From: Vicugna vicugna
Taxonomy: Eukaryota
Length of the DNA stretch: 64,000 nt
Assembly: GCA_013265495.1 (NCBI GenBank)
Contig: MU061579.1
Coordinates: forward strand, 4,364,327 to 4,428,326
Direction: 5' to 3'
Under the pieces are notes generated by a model. The model saw only the letters and a list, made by a program, of their open reading frames with translations, was not told the origin of the DNA and ran no database searches. The stretch's first letter is position 1, and each line of letters begins with the position of its first letter. Position numbers and translations under genes: made by a program. Below are positions 25,463-37,440 of the stretch, piece after piece.

Positions 25463-26740
25463 TTAGTGTGTGTTCTCAGGCTGTCTCATATCAGGTTATG
25501 AGAACCAACTATTAAATTTGCAGGAATTTTGTGATATGGTTGCTAAATACAGCAAATATTAAAAAGTAAAAGTATATTAATTTATAATTAAATAAATTAC
25601 ATTTTCAAAAGGTAATAAATTCCCAAAACTAATGCTTCCTAATTATTATGCTGCATTTTACTATTATCTATGCTATTGAAATTATTTATGCCTATTTTAA
25701 ATATTATAATAAAGACTTTTGTATAGACTTGTGAAAAAAGAGAATCCTAGATTGATAGTGCCTCTACCTAGTCTCACGATCGAGACAATCAGCAGCCTTG
25801 CCCTGTGGTTAAAGTATCTTTGCATTGGGATAACACTGTATAATGGTAAGCAAATGTGCATTTCTTTCCAAATTCGTATTTAGTGACCTCAGCTTGTAGC
25901 TTGTAATTCTGTCATGAAGAAGGTATTTACACTACAGAATAGGTCAACACTGCATAACATGGCTTGATTTATTATTTTGTTGATTGTCTGGAGTTAATAT
26001 TTTAATGGAGAATATGTTACTAATGGAGATTTTTCTCAGTTTTTGTGTGTGTCTATAACCATTACATTGTGAATAGCCCCAATATATTATAGAAATATTA
26101 TTCTAGTATTCAAAAATTATTATGAGATTAAGCATAGTGTTTTTTCTAGGATAATATTTTATTTTTCATTTTTTTATTGAAGTATAGTTAATTTACAATG
26201 TTGTATTAGTTTCATGTGTACAGCAAAGTGATTCAGTTATACATATGTGTAAATACATATGCTTTTTCAGATACATTTCAATTATACGTTGTTACAAGAT
26301 ATTGAATATAGTTCCTTGTGCTATACAGTAGATTCTTGTTGTTTATATATTTTATATATGGTAGTGTGTATGTCTTAATCCCAGACAGAGCTTATTAATG
26401 TCTTTGGTGAAAAATTACGGATGAGTAAGAAATTTAAATTGCTCATTAATCTTATACCATAACATAAATTAGAATAACAACCAGTATTCATGTTGGGACT
26501 ACGGTTGTTCATTAATTGCAGCCAGTTAGCTATGAATTTAAAGACTTGGCAAAAATTAGCAAAAATACTCTGAAAATCAATTGGCTATATGGAACTTTTA
26601 AAAAGGGCATATATAATTTGTGATTATTTGTCAATTGTATGCTATGAATCTTTATACTACTAAAACTTATAATAAATTTATGTAGTATATATTGGCACTT
26701 TTTTGAGAGATGGTTGTTAAATATTTACTAGCACACATGG
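25463..26740 (+). mobile_element. MER63-like (hAT-Blackjack) DNA transposon
   Basis: attaaatttgcaggaattttgtga...cttcctaattatt...aatcaattggctatatggaa...ggttgttaaatatttactagcacac follow the recalled MER63 consensus order. Interrupted twice. Confidence 0.75.
26152..26385 (-). mobile_element. L1 3' UTR fragment nested in MER63
   Basis: ttttttattgaagtatagttaatttacaatgttgtattagtttc...gatattgaatatagttccttgtgctatacagtag. Confidence 0.85.
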
Positions 26741-28492
26741 TTATATGCTAGCTATTAAGTTATTTGAATAAGTTTTCTACCATATATTCCTGAAAGATTC
26801 AGTTGCACCTGGGTATTGCAAGTGATAAATCCTAACATGTAGAATTAGATTAATTGAGGTGAGATGTGAGGCAGGAAATAGTCTTCCGTTTCCAACTAGG
26901 AAGTTGACAATATCTATTAAGTGGTATAAATAATTTATTAAACAGTCACCTGCTAAATTTTAGATATCAGATCATGTTCCTACTTGTAAAGAAGTTCTAA
27001 TGTGTCTTGTTATAAAATATCAGACTGTTTGTAAAATAAAGGGCAAAAAATATGCTTGCCAAGAGGGATAAAACCAAACCAAGACAGGTGAAAATCTCAT
27101 AGCCGAAAGATGAATTCTCCATTTTAAACTAAAGATTGCATCAGGAAATTCAGAAAGGATACAGACACAGCCCAGAAGAAAATTGGAATTAGGGGAATAT
27201 GGTACTCATGCTCCTGCTCCGTTCTTTCTGATAACCTGACAACCATGCCTGACAAAATGACAATTACCCAAACTTCAAAGAACCAGCTTCCATTAAGCAA
27301 CAGGGGGATGAGGGGATAAATTGATTGTACCTCTTCCTCTGGCCTAACATTTCACATCAGTCTAGACAGAGCAAAATAAAGATTATTTAAATGAAGGGTA
27401 GAGAGATGTTCTGAGTATCTAGTCATTTTTTAAAGAGACGGAAACCTCCAGGATAAAATTTGTATTCAGAAACTCAGTAACTCAATAACATCTCTGATAT
27501 TAAAATAACAGGAGACACAGAAATCAAATGATCAGAACTTCTACATTTTAAGGTGTTAAATTTTAAGAGAAACCACAAGGCTCTTCAACAAAGGTCTATT
27601 ATTGCTCCACTTTTAAGACAAATTCCAGGCTAAAATCAGAAACCTAAGGTTTTTGTTTACTAAAGCATGGTAAGAAAATCCATAAGGGAAGAAAAGCCTT
27701 CCCTTTACCTTCCAAAATGTACTCAATGAAAACCAAAGATGAGGTGGATCTCCTCAGAGAGCAGGCTCAGGGGCTACCATATTGGCTGACCCAGAAACAG
27801 ATTTCTCTAAAAGACAAAGAGTTACTAATCCATTCGTGCAGGATACAGATAATGCTAGGAAAGATTATTAGTCTGTGTGTTTTCTCCTTCTTCCCTTTGC
27901 CAAATGGAAGACTTCATTTCGGATAGCTTATTCTGAAATCTGCCTTTGAATATAGAATGTGCTAGGATTACATTCATCATCTAATTTTAGGTTTTTGGAC
28001 ATGAGTAGCTGCATCTGGAAGACTAGATGAAATTGTGGATATTCATTTATGGAGACAAAGGTAGAATATGTTATAAAATGTATGTGAAATAGTTGCATGA
28101 TACTGGACTAGAGAATTTTTGAGAGTATATTATTGGAATCAGAATATATATTGATTCTAAGCACTGATTAGAATGGATTTTAGTAGACATCTGCTGTTTT
28201 TGTCTGCCTAGCCTACTTTAATCCATCAATTTTATTAGAATCTGGTGATTTTTCCCTTTTAAATATTCTCTCCTACTTTTGGCCTATGATGTTCAATATG
28301 AAAATATCCATTCCCTGATTATTGACGTCAGCATATTATCAAGACCTTGTCAATATTACATTTCATCCCGCAACCATAATCAGTTGGTTTAATGATGAAC
28401 ATTTAAACCAAAATAGGATAATGGAATCATCAGGACTGATTCAAAATAAATAGAAAACACCAATATTTATAAAACTGAATGCCTGGAAGCCA

Positions 28493-28960
28493 TATCTTAT
28501 GGGCTGAGTTGTGTCTGCCTCCCAGAATTCATGTTTTAGTCCTAACCCCTAGTACCTCAGAATGTGGTTGTATTTGGAGAGAAAGCCTTTAATGGGTAAT
28601 TAAGTTAAAGTGAGATCATATGGATTGACTAATTCAATGAGTGGTGGTCTTAGAGGAAGAAACTAGTACAAGACTGAGAGATGACCATGGGAGAGCACAG
28701 CAAGAAAATTAAGTTAAAACGAGGCTGTTAGGGTGGATCCTAATCCAGTCTGACTGGTGGTGTCCTTATAAGAAGAAAAGATCACATGAGGACACAGGGA
28801 GAAGGTGGCCATCTGCAAGCCAAGGAGAGAGGCATCAGAAGAAACCAAACCTGGTGACACCTAGGTCTTAGACTTCTAGCCTCCAAAACTGTGATAAATC
28901 TAAGACACTCAGTTCCCCGTGTCCCTCATGTTGTTATGGCAGCCCAGGCAGGTGAAGACA
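28493..28960 (+). mobile_element. MLT1B-like LTR with internal duplication
   Basis: tatgggctgagttgtgtc...cctagtacctcagaatgtg...gccatctgcaagccaaggagagagg...ttgttatggcagccc. Confidence 0.85.
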
Positions 28961-30019
28961 CCAATCAAGAGGAGCAGTAGGGGACTGAGTGTTCAAGACT
29001 CAATATTCTCTCCTTGTTGTCTGAGCATCCTGTTTCCAAACATAGCTTCCTTTTTTTTTCCCCTATGAATTCAATTTATAGTTCTTGAAAGGCTGTTTTG
29101 TGCTTTTCCTACTTGCTCATGTTTTAGTGTTTTCTGTTGCAAGTTCAAGTAGAATTCAAGTGAAACAGAGTAAAACAGGCAAATTTTCAAAACAGATGAT
29201 TTTATGTATTATCTCAAAGTAAACTTCTTTACTTTATCATACAATTAAGTAACCAGCTGATAGAGGATAACCATACATACACACCAATTTATCATGCATA
29301 TGAATACCATATACGTATCATAGAATATTACTTATGTACAATATACACAGAAATCTTTTCTAGGGAAGTAGATTCTGTTGCATAGACAATATTTTCAATT
29401 TGTTGAAAAACTTAGTAAATATAGATATGCAAAATAGCAATGCTGAATTTCTCTCTATAAGAGATAGAAGATACTTTTGAAATTCTGGGGATAGAAGCAG
29501 GAAAAGATCTTGGATAATATTAGATAACACCACAAAATACATGAAGGGAGAAGACAGAATGGCTGGAGAAAGGTAGAGTGAGCTTGGGGCACCACAAGAG
29601 TAAACATTTTCAGTAATAGGGTAGATAGAGGAGTTTATAAGAAGAGGAATTTCTAATATTTCAGTTGTGGTTGTTTCTGTAAATATGACATCTTTCCTAT
29701 GCCTTTATCCCTGATGGTTAGTAATTTTTATAACCACAAATGTCTTGTGTGTTCACACATGTGTGTCTGTGCATATGTGTGAATGAGTATATTTAAATCA
29801 AGTAAGAAACTGTATTCAGTCAACTTAGTGAGATACAACCCCTGGGAGAAGTTAGTAGTAATATGATAAATGAATTAATTAGCAAAAGCAGAAATCCAGA
29901 GATAATGATAAAAATCAAAGACCCTTAACATTCATAGAAATTTGGGGACAAATTTTCTACTCCATAAAATGTGGAAACAATGTTTGAGTTAAGCTTTACA
30001 AACTCTCAATAGTTTACTT

Positions 30020-30490
30020 ATAAGTCAGGCCCTCACACAAACAAACAGTACACCGAGAATAGGATAATTCAAGGAGGGTTTATTTATAAATGTGTGGCTA
30101 TGCTGGAAATAGGGGGAGATGCCACAGAAGATAATAAAAGAACCTGTCACATCCTAGTGTCGTTTCCTAACCACCACTATGTCTAAAAGAGTGGGGAGGG
30201 TGCATTACTCAAAATCAGAAGTAATAAAACATCCTGTAGAGACTGTGCTTTGTTTGCATCAGAGGTTGAAGGATGCAGCTATTTTCAGGAAAAAGGAAGG
30301 GAATTAATGTCCTGACCTCGTGCTTCATCCTTCATATCTGCTTGCGCTCCCCATTGGCTGGAGACCAATCAGAAGTCAGAGAACCCAGAAGCCATAATAT
30401 CTATAAAAGTCAGCTTCCTGGGTAAATAAGGCAGGTGGAGAAATGTGGGACAAGCATTTGAAGGAGGAAATGGAAAGTTCTTCCACAGCT
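30020..30490 (-). mobile_element. LTR33-like ERVL LTR
   Basis: aggataattcaaggagggtttattt...ctccccattggctggagaccaatcagaagtcagag...gtcagcttcctggg. Confidence 0.6.
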
Positions 30491-31728
30491 TAAAAACAGT
30501 AGCTTCTACGTGGGTCAGTTTTCCAAAAATCTGGACAAGATGATCTCTCTAAAGTGCCTAGGACAATGTCCAGCTTGCAGTAGATGCTAAAAATATATTT
30601 GTTCCTTTCCTCTTCCTATATTTGAAGCATCTTTTTTTGCAATAAGAATGCATAATAGAAGCATCAAGGCCCCTTTCTTCAGAAGAAAGCTCTAATACAG
30701 TAAAGGCACTCTGAAGCTGGAAGCTATGTGGAGATTGTTACAAGCTACAGATACTGTTAACATTGTTAACTGAGGTGTGCATGCAACTATTTTGTTTTTA
30801 TCCTTCAATTCTTGGAGTAACTTTCATATGTCTCTTGTGTGGATTTCAAATCAGAGCCAAAAAGTGTTTTTTTGGTTTGCTTTTTTTTGGTTTTTTTCCC
30901 GTGTTGAGGAGCTTTGGCAAGGAAAACAGCACTGGTGGGTTCCTACGATGTCCCGTGTTACTGATTTCACCCTCTCAAAGGCAACAGCTGCTCTAGACTG
31001 CTGCTAAAACTCATATCTATGGCACTGAAAATGAAAACAATCAACTATATTAATGCCAAAGTCAAACAGAGTCGTCTAGCAACTAAAGGGAATAGTGGCA
31101 TTAACACACATTCTTCTTTTTCCTAAGAAAATTTTAGAAATTAATTGAAAGTACAAATACATGTTTATATATCTCTAAGAAAGCCCTGGTGCTTTGAAGA
31201 AAAATCTATGTGGTTTCCGGTGTATGTTTTCTGTAGAAATAAATGAAAAATAATTTCATAGGACTAATTTACCTGAAATGGTAACATCCAACATCATAAA
31301 ATTGTGTGGGAGGGAAGGGCTAGGGTATGTTGATTTTCCTATCAGTTATCAGGCAAGATGAAAATAATATGAACAGAACATTTCCAGCCTGGGCCAGTGT
31401 CATTGCAGATGTCTGGTTATCTCAAAGCAATTAAGATAAATTTTATTCAAAATAGTACATTTCAAATGCATTTGATAGTTTTTATCTCAATGCCAATTAC
31501 TTCATAAAGAAAAAGAAAACTCAACTTGTTATGCAATGATAAACCATCAACATGCAATTTGCCTATAACAAATGCACGCTTCATCTTTTTCATTATAATC
31601 AATAATTATTTAGAATCTCATATTGTTCTACCTGCCCTTAAAGTTGCCTGGAAAGGAGTTAGAGATCACAAATTTTTTTCATTACTGATAATGAAAATAA
31701 GGACATTATTAAGGAAAAAAAAAGATGA

Positions 31729-31920
31729 GGGGAGGGTATAGCTCAGTGGTAGAGTGCATGCTTAGCATGCACGAGGTCCTGGGTTCATTCCCAGTATCTC
31801 CATTAAAAATAAATAAATAAACAAACAAACAAATCTAATTACCTCCCCCCAAAAATAAAAATAAATAAATAAAAGCCAAAAAAGTAATAAAAGATATCAT
31901 TACAAATACATTTTTAAAAA
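31729..31920 (+). mobile_element. tRNA-Ala-derived SINE (vic-1 type)
   Basis: GGGGAGGGTATAGCTCAGTGGTAGAGTGCATGCTTAGCATGCACGAGGTCCTGGGTTCATTCCCAGTATCTCCA plus tail. Flanked by gaaaaaaaaaga repeats (probable TSD). Confidence 0.93.
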
Positions 31921-34900
31921 GAAAAAAAAAGACAAGGAGACAGTAATAGTCAACGTGAATATATTTTTAGAGTACAAGCATAAAATAAAAAGACATAAGT
32001 AGATTCATGGTATTTGTTCATAACAAAATGTATGGCTAGGAAGTAAAAAGTGTCTTTAATTTGCCTATCCACTTTCAGCTTCCTCTGCTTCTTGTAAAAT
32101 GCTGCTCTAAGGATTTGCATTCCCAGGAAAAGAAGATGTTGTGTAGCGTTTAGATAGATAACTGTATGATTTCATATCTCATTTGACAACAGAATGTGCC
32201 AATGATCAAAAGAAGTATATGCATGGGGTAATGTGATTGCATCAAATTGAGCATCCCAGAGTTCCAAGGATATTCACAATCAGCTACCTGTGTGTGTCCT
32301 GATTCTGGAGCAGGCTGGTGAGGAAGGTGACCTGGCAGCATCTGGAAGTGATTAATCCCAATGAATATTTGGTGGATGTAATCCATAAAATATTAACATT
32401 ATTTTTTACTGTGCATGTATTTTTTAAAAAAGTAATAGTTGCATCTCATATATAATATATATATTTGTGCTTTTGATATTTATTGAAAAATCAAAATTTT
32501 AAAATATGTTGTAAACCAGCAGCACATTCACAATACTGTGACCCTGAATATAGTATGACGTTCTACAAACCAGATAAAGGTAGGTGCGGTGTTAGACTTC
32601 ATATTAACACACAGCTCAGTGCAATTATAAACAAATGTGGGAATCAGAAGACAGTGGTGAGGTGAATGGAGAGGCAACCTGGAGGTTCAGAAAAAGTATC
32701 TTAGTAATTACTCTTGTAATTCTCTTTCCAACCATTATGGCAAAGGTAGAATTAAGCACAGAAGAAACCAGTTATAAACCAGAGGGGAATGAGAAAACAG
32801 GATCCTCTTTCATTGTCTAGCAAGAATTTCTGCATGATCCATAGGAGAAAAATATAGAAAACTTGCTTTCATGAGGCTACTTGGTAAAATATAAACTAGC
32901 TTGTAAATATAAAAAGCTAAAATTACATTGAATCTAAAGTGATTTCCATTTAAGGAATTTTTTTAGGTGCACTGAGGTATCAAAATACATCTGTACATAG
33001 TTATAATACAAATTGTATGAGTTCCAGAGGTAAATTCTGGCCAAACATAAGAAAAGAATTTTTTTCTTACTTTGTGTCCCAGTCTTTCTTTTTATAATGA
33101 AACTCTCATCAACTAGAAAAATATAATTCAACAGACTTTAATTTAAAAATAAGTCATGTGGTTCTATACTCTCAGTCCCTAAATTGAAAGATTACTTTTT
33201 TGGGGGGAAAATAAGTCTTATTTTTAACCCAACACATTATTTCCTTCTTTAAATTGTAGTTCAAATCTGGTATCCTCATAGACAATTTTCATTCAAATAT
33301 CTTCCAGTTGGCAGTACAAATCCTGAAATATCTAGGCCTGAGTATTTTAAAATTTCTCATTTGTTCTTTCTCATTTTTATTTTTTCTCAATTTGTATTTA
33401 CTTTTTAATGTCCCTTTTTGACATCTGAAACTCATTGCTTAGTGAACTCTTTCATATAGGCTCCAAATGCATAATTCATGGCTAAGCTTCTTTTGGACAG
33501 GTAATATCTCCTTTTTGATTGATTAAAAGGAAGGAGTGCAAAGTATTAAGTAAAACGTTAATTGAAATATAAATATTTTAGATTATTAGATAACCATCAT
33601 AAAAAGTATTCATATAAGAAATTGAAACAATTTTAGTGCACGTATTTTATGGATCACAGCATGTGTAATGCATTTTTGAATCTTTGAAGAATAAAAATAT
33701 TATCTTCCCAGAAAATCAGATATGTCATTGAGAATTTCGTATAATATGCTGCCTGAGTAGAGGTAAATTCACCTGACATTGTTAAACATTGGCAAAGACA
33801 GAAATAGCAGCTTGTGCTAATGCACATTGGCCAGAGTTTGTTGATCTAGATGAACATGGGCAGATGGTTTTCAGTAAGTAGTATCCTCATTGGTTTTCTA
33901 TTTAACAGAAATGAAGGCCTTTATATTGATGATGGCAAACAAGAAATCATGAGCATGAAGCGGTTCGATTTTCTTCTATCACTTTTCTCCATCAAGGAGA
34001 GAAACTACCAGTGGAGTGACTACTGGGTGCTTCCATGACACGTTGCATTGTGAAAGTTGTCCGTTCTGACCATGTTGTCTCTTGGCCGCAATCATTCCAC
34101 ACTGTAGTTTTTTACCTTTACAATGAAGTGTGGTTGAACTTAGTTTTTAAAAGTCCTAAGTCCATATCCTTACTGGGGGTAGAGACAGAGGAGGGCACTG
34201 CATTGTTTGCAGTTTATGAGTGTGAAGAGGGGAAACTAGCATATGTGAAGTGCCTTACATAGTGTTGTCTCAGTAGTCAGGAAATCAAGAACACCTATTC
34301 AGGGATAAGAAGTACTTGGTGGTAACATTAAGTGTCTTACTGGTAAGACAGTCAGAACACATTTCCAAAAACCACAGAAGGAGAAGGAAATACAAAAAGC
34401 TGTAGCAGGAACTCAGGGGACACCACTTAAAAGAGAGGAGAGGGAGCCTCCAGTGAAACAGGAAGATACACACAGTGATCGTTCTGGGAAAGGCTGTTTT
34501 ATCTTACACTGGATCTTCGGTATTTCCTTGCATGAAAACATAGTATAGGCAGTGATAATTATAATATAAAAGACATGGTAAGTATACAATTAACATTCTT
34601 CAAATAACATTTAAACCAACTCCAGTTTAAGATAGAAGTATCTAGACTTCAACCAAGTCGGGAAGAGATTATTACCATTCATAAAATTTCAGAAGAACAA
34701 TCATTCTAGCTTGGACTGTCCAATAACCAGCTGGAAGCGTCTTTTCTGCAGTTCAGTAGGGTCAGCTCCAAGAAAAGACGATATTGTAAAACAGAAAAAA
34801 AAATTACTGTTTCAGTTTTAAATACATTTAATCACATTCATGTACCCTCAAAAAGAATAAACATGCAAATCAAATTCCTAGCTGTTGCTTAGACAAGAAT

Positions 34901-35921
34901 ATAGGTGCATGTAGGTGGTACGTCTTTTCCTGAAGGGTAATCCCAATAAAATCATCTGGTCCTTAACCCAGTGAAATGTAAGATCATCAGGATGTGATTA
35001 CATGTCCTTTATAATGACTTTAATCAAGATGTAACTACCCTGTTGAGTGTTAACTAAAATTGCATTAAATTACAATTTACTTAAGGAGATACAAGAGTCC
35101 TTAAATTTCCAAAATATAAATAAAATCTAACTCAATGTTGAAACTGGTTTTCTACAGAAACTGTTTTACAGTGTATTAAAAGGATTAGAAATACTACAGT
35201 TACTCAACTTAAGCTTGCTCCAGTTAGACATTTTTCTGAAACCAAGAAACCAGTACTACAGAACATCTCTGCATATAACATTCCTACAAGGTCATTCTAA
35301 ATATGCCATATTTAAAATTGCTCAAATCTTAGTCTTGTTACCAATGAACTAGTGAAATTAGAAATGTGAACCATATCCTTATTTTTCAAGTAATGAATCA
35401 TCTATCTTTATAGTAATTAACTTTAAGATTCTCTTCCATCCATTTCCCTAAACTCTTTTTCTTTTATCATTTTCCCTCTGAAATCCAAAAGAATTGTATA
35501 GATGGCTACATAAGCTATGAAAGTAAATCTAAGAAGGACATTTAATGGGTGACTGGTAGACAATTATCCTGGTTCTTTTACAAAATTAGAAGACTTAATT
35601 TTTTAAACAAATGCTTCAAATCTTATTCATATTTGAATGTCTCATGTATACCTTGACTGTAAAACTTGTATTTTTTTCTTCTGATTTCTACAAAGTAAGT
35701 TTTTAGTTTCCTTTGTACCTATTTGTTGACAAAATAGAAAGTAATGTTGTATATTATAGGAAATTTGAGGAGTAAAATGTAGTTGTTACCCTTTATCCTT
35801 TCTCAAAAAATTATAATGACAAGGAAGATGAGAAAAATGCATGTGTAATATTACCAAGCTGTGTTCAGATCCTAATTCCACAGCTGACAATAATGTTGGT
35901 ATCTCTTTAAAAGGAAAGCTA

Positions 35922-36476
35922 TTTGCGGCCGTTTTAAAATATGGCCACAAACACTTAAAAAATCCTCACATCAAGAGGTAGCCCCCATTTCTCTTTCATT
36001 TGAAGTCAGACCATCTTGAGATTGCTTCAGCCAATAGAGTATGGCCAAATTAATTCTATGTGGATTTTGGGTCTCGGTCATAAAAGGTAAAATACCTGCT
36101 TACTGGAACACTCATTCTTGGCACTTTCAGTTGCCTATAGGAAGCTCAACTACCTTTATGCTCCCATGATCCGAGGAAGCACAAGCTATAAAGAGAGGCC
36201 ACATTGGACAACAATTTTGAGCCCAGCCTTTGCATCACCTGAGCCCAGATACTAAATATGTAAGTGAAGAAGCCTCCAGAGGATACTGTTTCCCAACTTT
36301 GAGCTCATCCCCAGCCACCTGGGACTTTTCAGAGACCCCAGATGGTATAGGCCACAGAAAAGTCACTCCCATGTTCAAATCCCTGACTTACAAAATTTGT
36401 AAGGCTAATAAAATGGTGCTTGTTTCATGACACTATGTGTAAACAATTTATTATGCAGCAATAGATAGCAGAAATA
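35922..36476 (+). mobile_element. MLT1G/H-like LTR
   Basis: aaaatatggccacaaa...cagccaatagagtatgg...aagtgaagaagcctccaga...ttatgcagcaatagatagcagaaata. Confidence 0.8.
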
Positions 36477-36889
36477 GTAGCAAATGAAAATGTTTTCTTC
36501 CTCCACAATTTGGCAGAGTTATCGTGAAGGAGAAAGAAGAGAAAATGTGGCATTATATGTGGCATTATGCAAACCTGAGTGCCATTTAATAGCTATGCTC
36601 TTTGATAATCAGGATGAAAATCATGGATAATATTCTTCTATCGTGGGCTTTTGTGGAAGATTAAATGAAACAACATAATTAAAGTATCTGACATAAGCAT
36701 GCATTTTTTAAAAAGTTCTTTTACTCCCCCTTATTATTAAAGACATTTCACTCTGCCTTATTAAAGAAGTAGCATTATTGCCATGAGAGACAGTCAAGCT
36801 ATACAAATTAGAAAGAAATAATTTCCGTTTATGAGAATCAAGGAAAATTTTGCTGAGCAGGAGGTAGTTGTAATGTACTATGTAAACAC

Positions 36890-37440
36890 AATAAAAGTTT
36901 CAATTCAGTTCAACAAATACATGGCTATGTGAAAGGAGGAATACATAGTTTGAGATACAACAGTGAATAAAAGTATTGCTTTTCTAGTCCTAATGGAATT
37001 TAGAGTCTAGCAAGTTAATTGAAATTACAATTTTAGTGTTATGTGTTAAATAAAAGTCCACATTGCTATGGAAATATACAACAGCAAAATGTATCCTAGT
37101 CTGAGATCACAGAAGGCCTACTTGAAAAATTAATAAAGCTGATTTGAAAGATGAGTAGATGATAGCTAATAAATATTGGAAGAATGTTCCAAGGAGAGGA
37201 AACAACTTGTGTAAAAGTTCTTAGGAGAGAGAATGAAGAATATCTTAGAGAAATCAAGAGAGGACTAGTGTATCTGGGTCATGTAGACCAGTAACGGCAT
37301 ATGACTGGAGAGGGAGGCAGGGGCCATGTGAGAAAGGGCATTTAATGTAATTTTAAGGACTGGGGAATTTCTCTTAGGGACCATGGAAATTACCAGAAAG
37401 GTGGTAAGCAAGCAAATGACTTCAGATTTTGTTGTACAAT
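36890..37440 (-). mobile_element. L2 fragment
   Basis: ttcagttcaacaaatac...gatacaacagtgaataaa...gactggagagggaggcaggggcc...ttttaaggactgggg. Confidence 0.75.
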
